A stretch of 47,859 bases of DNA from Lenisia limosa (taxonomy: Eukaryota; Protista; Breviatea), in the NCBI GenBank assembly GCA_001655205.1, contig LPNZ01008512.1:1-47859 (forward strand), given 5' to 3'. Positions within the stretch are counted from its first letter, which is position 1. Each line of letters starts with the position of its first letter. Below are positions 41,001 to 47,859 of the stretch, piece after piece. The notes beneath the pieces are model-generated. The model was not told where the DNA came from and searched no databases. It worked only from the letters and a program-made list of their open reading frames with translations. The position numbers and the translations under genes were made by a program.

Positions 41001-44000
41001 CTTACTTCGTTTAAAATGGCTTGATGGAGCAAACAAGGGGTTGCCTTAAAGATTGGACACGACAGAAAAGCACCCGAGATATTGGTTGTGGGGTTGCTGA
41101 AGGATCAGATGCACACTGTACATACTGGGTGAAAACTTCAATGTTGACAGCGTTGGAGTACGTGACGACAACAAAAGCAGTGGACTCGGTAATTGCAGCT
41201 GAACTGTACCGTTTGAAGCATCTTCGACATTGTCGCCTCTTTCGCCTTGGGTGTCAAATAAAAAAATATGAAATGATGTTTCTAATCCCACTTACACCAA
41301 GTAGACGAACAGAATGATGACCAGTCCCACAATAACAGCGAATATCACAATGAGAACTATAGCCCAGACCGCTAAAAGGTAATAAGAATTAAGGACGAAC
41401 GAAGGAGGTCGCTCGACGCCTGGTCTGGCTCAATAAGAAAATAGGAGTTCCCGACGAGTTTTGAAGGCGAAAGCTCATTAGCAACTGTGATCAGTGAAAT
41501 TCATCGGTTTTGGTGCTGACTCACGTGCTAAAGCTCTAATGTTGACTTCACCAGGTTGAGAGAAAACCAGCTTAATGAAGTCGGTACTGAAGTGGGGCTG
41601 GAATTCATGAATGGAATTATCAAAAATAAACAAATATTGTTATTTCTACCATATCCTTTTTTGAGACAGGATATAATTTGAAAAAAAATTTGAAAAAAAA
41701 TTGGCTCTGCTTACGCTAGTGTTGCTGGGTTGTGTGCCATCGGTGGTGAAGTACACTTCTGTCCCTTGGGCAGCTGTAATAACAACCTGTTGCCAATTTG
41801 AGATGCAAATACATAACTACCTACTTACCTCAAGAGGAAAATTATACGATCCAGGGTCAGGCGAAATCTGTGGTGTAACATACTGAAAGGACGGAAGGAT
41901 CATTCGGATCCTGAAAAAGAGAGTGCCAGGCTTACAGATGGATCAGCAGCAGACCCTTTTAGTTGTGCAATTCTTGCGGAGTCCACCTCACCTGAAAGTT
42001 GCTCCAGGCCCTAGCGCCGAGTAAGCCAATAATGTAATGGTTATGCAGCAATGTGTAGCTTGATTGATTATTATTCCCATCCATTCAATGCTATGAATAA
42101 CTTAGTTACACCAAGCTTACACTGAGGGATAAAACGCCAGAAACAAAATTGTCCCGCTTTCTGGACACTGAAACGCTGAGTGAACTACTTTGATCGTCAA
42201 GGAACTGGCCGATTTCTCGAAAGGACGTAACCTCCTCGCTGCCAAGGCCAGCCTAATCTGTCAATAGATGGAAGGAGCTCACCGAGCTTCGCACCGCAGC
42301 GACGAATGGACGGCTTGCCATGAGGCCTCGTGGAATCTCAAGAAACGCTGTCAGCACCTGCGTTGATCAGTCGGTACAACTTCGAGCAAACGTCGTCAGT
42401 CCAGGGCGGGCCGGAGTACGGAAGAGCAATTTGGGTGCTCAAAAGTGCCACATCATCATGAAGACTCGCGTCGCTGGCAATGAACTGGTTCATAAGAGCT
42501 GACATCTGGACAGTTTCATTCTCTATTCCCACAAACCAAGTCGAAGTCAGGCGAGTTGTAAGTGGGTATCCCACCAAAGTTTTGAGAAATGGACACCGCA
42601 ATTCTCTGTGAAGTGAACAAGACTGCCCCTTTTTGACTTACTGAATCAAACAAGCTATCACCCATTATGTTGAGATCTTTGGGATCTCCACGAGCGTCAG
42701 CAATCAAATAGTAGAACTGAACAATAAGTTTTAACCTACGGCGTACCATCCCTAGTTCAAAGTTCTGGGCGAGGGCGTTGAGAGGGAGACGATAAAGACG
42801 GAACTGCTTCATTTCTGCCATCCCATATTGTTCAATAAACTGCGTTCTGTACCCAATTGACGAGAACGCCTAAATGAAAGTCATCCACTCCCATTCGTAC
42901 CATGAGAGTGACATTGTTGAATAGCAGGTCAGAAACACTGGGAAATTCATTTTCCTCTCCTGGTAGACGAACTTGGTGCGGGTAGAAGCATTCATTGACA
43001 ACCATGTCTCCAAGAGTTGTTGATGTGTCGAAAGCGACCCCACTTGAGTACTAAGATGTGAGTACCGCGTTGATACGATTCTGACACTCTCAGCAGACCG
43101 AAATGTCACCACTTTTAAGTTGTTCAAACGACTCGAAAATCACCTCATCTTGTCTTGAGAAGAGAGAGCTCCAAAGCAGAAGCGTCTCAGCCATTGACGT
43201 GTCTGTATCGGTAATTCGTGAGGAGACAGAACGTCGCATTCACCATACAAACCGTTATGGTTGATAGCAAAAAGGTACTTTCCATTACTGCGCTGCCTCC
43301 TGCATGCTTTGAGCAAATCAGGCATTGTTTTAGGCAAATCTGTGTAACTCTTGAAGCCAAAAACGGGAAGGGATGGCTGCGAAGTCAAATGACACTCTGG
43401 ATTACCTCGTAGAATCTAAATCCAGCATGGCTAAAAAATGCACCTAAAGCTGGTACAGCTCCATAAGTTAGCAAAGATACTTGAACATCTGCATAGTCAG
43501 CCAGAACTCGTGAGTGCAGACATACAGGGGAAAAATAGTGAGTGCAGACATACAGGGGAAAAATAGTGAGTGTATGCTCTTCTTCAGATCTATCATCAGG
43601 TTAAAGTCAATACTGGTGCTGAGGTACGAAGCAACGTTGGGAAACTGCAGCTGATTCAACGCGTTGTCTTCTGAGGTTTACAATGAAAAATCCTTAACTG
43701 CTCACTTTCAAGAACTACATCAACAGGGAAGAGCATAGTGATTAATGGCTTATGTTGTATCGGATAGAAATACTGAAGATCAACAGAACCTCCAGGATAA
43801 CCTTGGGACCAATAGTCCAAGCTAAAGCGTTATCTGTCCTTCAGGTAAGGAGTCTTACCAATGTGGCAATCCATTCACAATATTACTATTTAGAACTGAA
43901 ATTGCTTCGCTATCACTCTAAAGGGAATCATTAGATACGAGAGTGGAATAGCATCCCAAGAAGTGAGACGAGAGTTACACAAGCTAAAACCATTTACCTT

Positions 44001-44364
44001 CACAGCTCCAAAGCTTGCTCGTGGAGAAAACACTTGAAACACCCCACTTGTATCCACTGTCACATTTGCCATATTCAAGCATACTAAGGTATCAAGCACA
44101 CTAAGTCGTGCCAAAATATCATTATTAGTGCGATTAAATTATAGAAACTATTATGGGGGGAGGAACCAAATGTTACAATGTTTACACTACGTTCAAAAGA
44201 ATGGCAATTGAAAATTACTTTATAATATTAAATAAACTGCTATGCTTTGGTAGAGTAATAAAACAAGGCGTACAAAAGGATTGAGACTGTGAGAAGACCC
44301 CTTGCAAGATGGCGACCACGAGGAGAAAAAGCGGCAATACCCCCTGCTGGCTGCGACTTGCCAT
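35091..44364 (-). CDS. Single-pass receptor hybrid histidine kinase (SP, PBP2-like ectodomain, Fn3-associated domain, TM, possible pseudokinase, HisKA, HATPase, degenerate REC, REC)
   Basis: H-box SHDIRTPL (~38310), N-box NLLSNAVKFT, G1 DTGRGV, F/G2 LFNPF...GGSGLGL. REC: LLAEDNPVN, MIFMDYQMPVMDG, VAVTG, FVPKP. TM AVWAIVLIVIFAVIVGLVIILFVYLV followed by RKRR. Signal peptide MASRSQQGVLPLFLLVVAILQGVFS. The HK/REC core is certain. That the whole 9.3 kb is one gene is inferred from uninterrupted exon-intron structure. Confidence 0.85.
39895..39982. repeat. 28-bp tandem repeat x3 spanning a splice donor
   Basis: AATAAATGATCCTAACACTGCTCACTGG occurs twice, plus one variant copy. Confidence 0.95.
40090..40213. 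repeat. ~19-bp tandem repeat x~6.5 filling an intron
   Basis: Unit GAACAGTAACAACTTGGGT, with degenerate copies. Confidence 0.9.
43510..43572. repeat. 28-bp tandem repeat x2.25 spanning a splice donor
   Basis: GTGAGTGCAGACATACAGGGGAAAAATA x2 followed by GTGAGTG. Confidence 0.95.
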
Positions 44365-44983
44365 TTCTGTTCTGTACTGCCAAAGGCCAAAATGAAATCT
44401 AAATGGTAAATTCCTCACATCCTTTTACTGGATGCCTGTTTCGAGGAGAAAATTAAAAGGATAACTAGCCCTACTACCTGCCGTATAAGGCAGTTTGGGT
44501 TGGGAAGAAAATCGGCCGAACGACACATGACTTTCCAAGCATGATTAATTATTTATTCAAAGTGTGCACAATTTCCTCGTACCTTGGCCCTAATGCTGGA
44601 AACAAGCCTCATCATGCGATGATATGCCACATCTGCACCGTACCACCTGATCATCACCATCACAACTGCTCCACAAGGACCAATGCTTCTTTGATTTATG
44701 TTTCTTTTTCTATCCTTAACTATCGCTACACTTGCACCATTCTGTGTTGTTTTTGTGTGGTTGAGAGTCGGGTTGAGAAGTGGTGGTATCAAGGTGGTAC
44801 AGAAGGGATTCGAGGGGGTGCAAAACAGTTGATCTTGAAGATCTATTTGAGCAACAAGTGGTGCCTCCATCCTCCATCCACTTTTAGTTGTTAAGTTTAT
44901 TATTAGACTAGAAATAGATGCCTAGAAGTTTATTTTGACATTTAGAAGGTAGAATAAACGGGGAGTAGTAAGGCGAGGCGATC

Positions 44984-46724
44984 ATGGCCGACATCCATCC
45001 AGACATGATGAAGGTTAGCGAGGAAGTGGTTGCTCAAAGCCTTCTTCCTTTCTATTGTTAATAATATCACATTATGTATTGTTTTAATGCTAGGAGGACA
45101 TGGAAGGTCCTACTCCCCCTCTCCCCCTACATTTATAATCATAGAACATGATGGAGTACACGAACTTGAACACCCTCATGGAAGCTGAAGCCATCTATAC
45201 AAAGGCCATGGAATTTGCAAGGAGGCTAAACCAGACCCAAAATAGGAAAAAGGTATTGATTTCCAGAGTGGCACTTCTTCGCTGTTAAGGTTGCTCATAC
45301 TTCAGGGTGACATTCCTATAGCAGCCGTTAGTCTTCATTTGGCATGTAATAGGTGAGTTTTCAAGATTTATTATCAATATGTCTCAACTCTCCAAATATT
45401 CTGAAAATTGAGCTTTTGGTTGGGGCATACGCTTCTGCAGTATTCTTTGATATCGAAGTCTTGGGAGGCCAGCACCCCGTGATCGTTTGGAGCTTCGATC
45501 CACTCTCAACAAGAAGTATCAGTCTTTACTCGTTAGTGCTAAGCAGTCCCTTAAAATACCGTAAGCTGTGCATGTCATGTTCAGACACGATATTCTGTCT
45601 TACCATTTAGGACTGTGACAATGGGGGTCCTTTGTGGACAGGCTCATTGCGAACCTGCTAGTGCCTTCCATGCAAGTGCCATTTTAAAGAAGTTTGTCGA
45701 AGCTTTTCTGACATTTTAGGTTTCAAAAAGCACCATCTGGTGGAGTAGATGTTAAAAGGGGAGTATACCTTTCTGCAGCTCTTTACCTGGTTGTTCAGAA
45801 GGAAGAAGGGGTAAGATACCAACAGTTCAACTCCTCAACTGATTTTGTATTACAACTCTTTGACCTTTAGAAAAAATTATCAAAGAAAAGGCTCGCAGAA
45901 GACTCTGATGCCATTATAAAGGAAATTGACAAGGTAGGAGTCGGGAAGGTTCCGCAAGATTTGCACATTTGAGAGGCCTGAGCTTTTGTGTCAATGATTT
46001 TTGCCCTAAACTCAACATTTGCCATTTGAGTTGATCGTATCTTTTTCAATACGTGCTTCTTTCATATTGCAGCATTTTTCGTATTTTCGCAGGATATACG
46101 ATGACTCCTTATATTTAGACTATCGTACTTCTCCGGCCCTTTGTTGAGGAATACTTCAAAAGCGGGGCACCCAAGGTTCCTGTCAAAAAGAGTCAGCCCA
46201 AAACGTCACAACTCCCAAGTGCGTTTGGGATTCACTTGTGTTGGATTTAAGCATTTCGTTCATACTTCAGATCCCAAAACAGAGACAACCCAAAAGAAAG
46301 CAGAACCAAAGAAACAATCAAATAAGAACACGAAAGCGGTGGCTACTGATGTCAACTTAGTGGAGCGACTAGTAAAGAATTCTCGTAATGTAAGGTGAGA
46401 ATGGTCAAACACAATAAGCTATTTTGAGTGAAACTCTCTGTTTGGTATTGAATGTTTATTTTTGACTTCAACAGAAAGGATCGAGAAACGGCCAAGAAGT
46501 TTGCGGATTCTCAGATCAACAAAGAGATTGATGAAGCGTTAGCAGCGCCAAGCACGGAGTACGTTTATCCGGCTGAGGTATGTCCTGGTGTTATAAAACG
46601 TACACAGGAGTTGAGTGTATTATTAACTCTTTAGGTTGACCCAATTTTTATCCACTTTTATGAATGCAAACAAAATGGAGAAGACCCCTACAAATGGATC
46701 AGCAACATGAAGCTGAAGTGGTGA
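44984..46724 (+). CDS. ORC6: Probable origin recognition complex subunit 6 (TFIIB-like fold)
   Basis: Exons encode TKAMEFARRL...IAAVSLHLAC and DVKRGVYLSAALYL. These resemble the ORC6 segments KAEEYLRL...AVMCLDLAA and DLSRPLFTSAALL. C-terminal DPYKWI. Similarity was judged by eye. Confidence 0.6.
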
Positions 46725-46846
46725 TAATAATGTTCTGAAACCTGGGTGAGGTGTTTTTTTTAGCTGTACCATATCTTGTTTCAATGTACAATAAAGGTAA
46801 TATCCCTGATGATTTCAAGACATAAATAAATATGTGTACCATAGCA

Positions 46847-47859
46847 CTAACCCTTCTTGGCCGCTAAAATATGGTCCATGTATGACCCACTCATAAGGTC
46901 ACCTGTGCTGATGCCTGAAGGATGAGGAAAGGCAAGTCAACAAAAATGCCTCTTTTGTAGCTCACCAACCTAGCATTTTTTTGAGCCGTTCAACTTCACA
47001 GACACCTTCGCTTTCATCCTCATCATCAGCAAGCATTACTTCAAGCTCCATAAAGCAGCCTAAAGAATGAGACTAGCTTCCCCTAAACACTCGACAGAGG
47101 TTGCGATGGCCCGCGACCAACCCAGTCCCTTGACTTGGTCAAAGTGGATCCGCGTTCTGTCATACATCACCAAAGTTCTGGTCTTACTCACTGTCCCCTT
47201 ATGATGTGAGTAAAATGACCAAACAGGTGCGTTAAATATTCATGCTCACCACTTTCTCCATTGTCAAGTTGAGAATGTTAAGCATATCAGCTGCAGGATT
47301 GACATCCACCTGTATCATGAAATGGAAAACATATTGGAAACCTTCATGATTTTATAAGTGGCTCACCTTTGAATAGGTGCTGGTTTTTGCATCACCATCA
47401 TCAGCCCTAACCTATACCAGTGAAGCGGTTCTTTTGAATGGAATGAAAACGATCGTGTTGTTTTCATGGGTAGCTCTCTAACACTTATGTCATCCAATTC
47501 CACACCTACATAGTATATCAACTCAGCTGATTTTGTTTGTTCGCTCTTAGCAGCCTAAAAAGACAATGAACCTGAGAAGCCAAAAGTATAGCCATACAAG
47601 GAAGGGATATACGGGATGATAGAAGATACCTCTCCAACCTCCTCATCTGAGACATCGCCCTCCGGGAGCTCCTTCGGAAACATTCGAAGCTTCAACCTGT
47701 TGGCAGGAGCCTTGAAGAACACGTCATGTTGACAGAAAATCTTGAGGGTGAGAGAAGTATTTGGAGGGTACCTGAGGCTTCTGAGTGGCATTGGCACGCG
47801 CTGCTTCCATGAACCCATCGGCATCCCTCACGACTGCCTTAATCTCAACATTGCGCGGC
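46847..47859 (-). CDS. CYTH-domain protein, CyaB/class IV adenylate cyclase-like (ATG apparently 2 nt beyond the window edge)
   Basis: PRNVEIKA, QHDVFF...RLKLR, ELIYY, KTRTLVMYEQTRIHFDQVKGLG, FMELEVML, GDLMSGSYMD. TAG at 46847-46849. Confidence 0.9.

Overview
Gene-dense, intron-rich nuclear DNA from a flagellated unicellular eukaryote. It uses the standard code (TAA, TAG and TGA all end genes) and GT-AG introns, mostly 25-90 nt. There are six N gaps. I spliced gene models by eye. Recognisable genes: canonical MAT, DNA primase small subunit, SRP72, EFHC1/Rib72, a MARK-like kinase with KA1 domain, a CNBD K+ channel, a probable ORC6 and a CyaB-like CYTH protein. Three large minus-strand genes have unusual architectures. 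(1) 35091-44364: signal peptide, sugar-binding-protein-like PBP2 ectodomain, Fn3-associated domain, one TM helix, possible pseudokinase, HisKA, HATPase and receiver(s), i.e. a type-I receptor hybrid histidine kinase. (2) 3039-7498: pogo/CENP-B-type double HTH fused to an apparently inactive trypsin-like domain, with a Tc1/mariner-like mini inverted repeat in one intron. (3) 13963-21178: putative SAM domain plus a UvrD/PcrA-like helicase that has lost several catalytic residues. Several introns of gene (1) contain tandem repeats that duplicate the splice donor. No rRNA, tRNA, CRISPR array or intact transposon was recognised. All domain calls come from motif recognition, not database searches.
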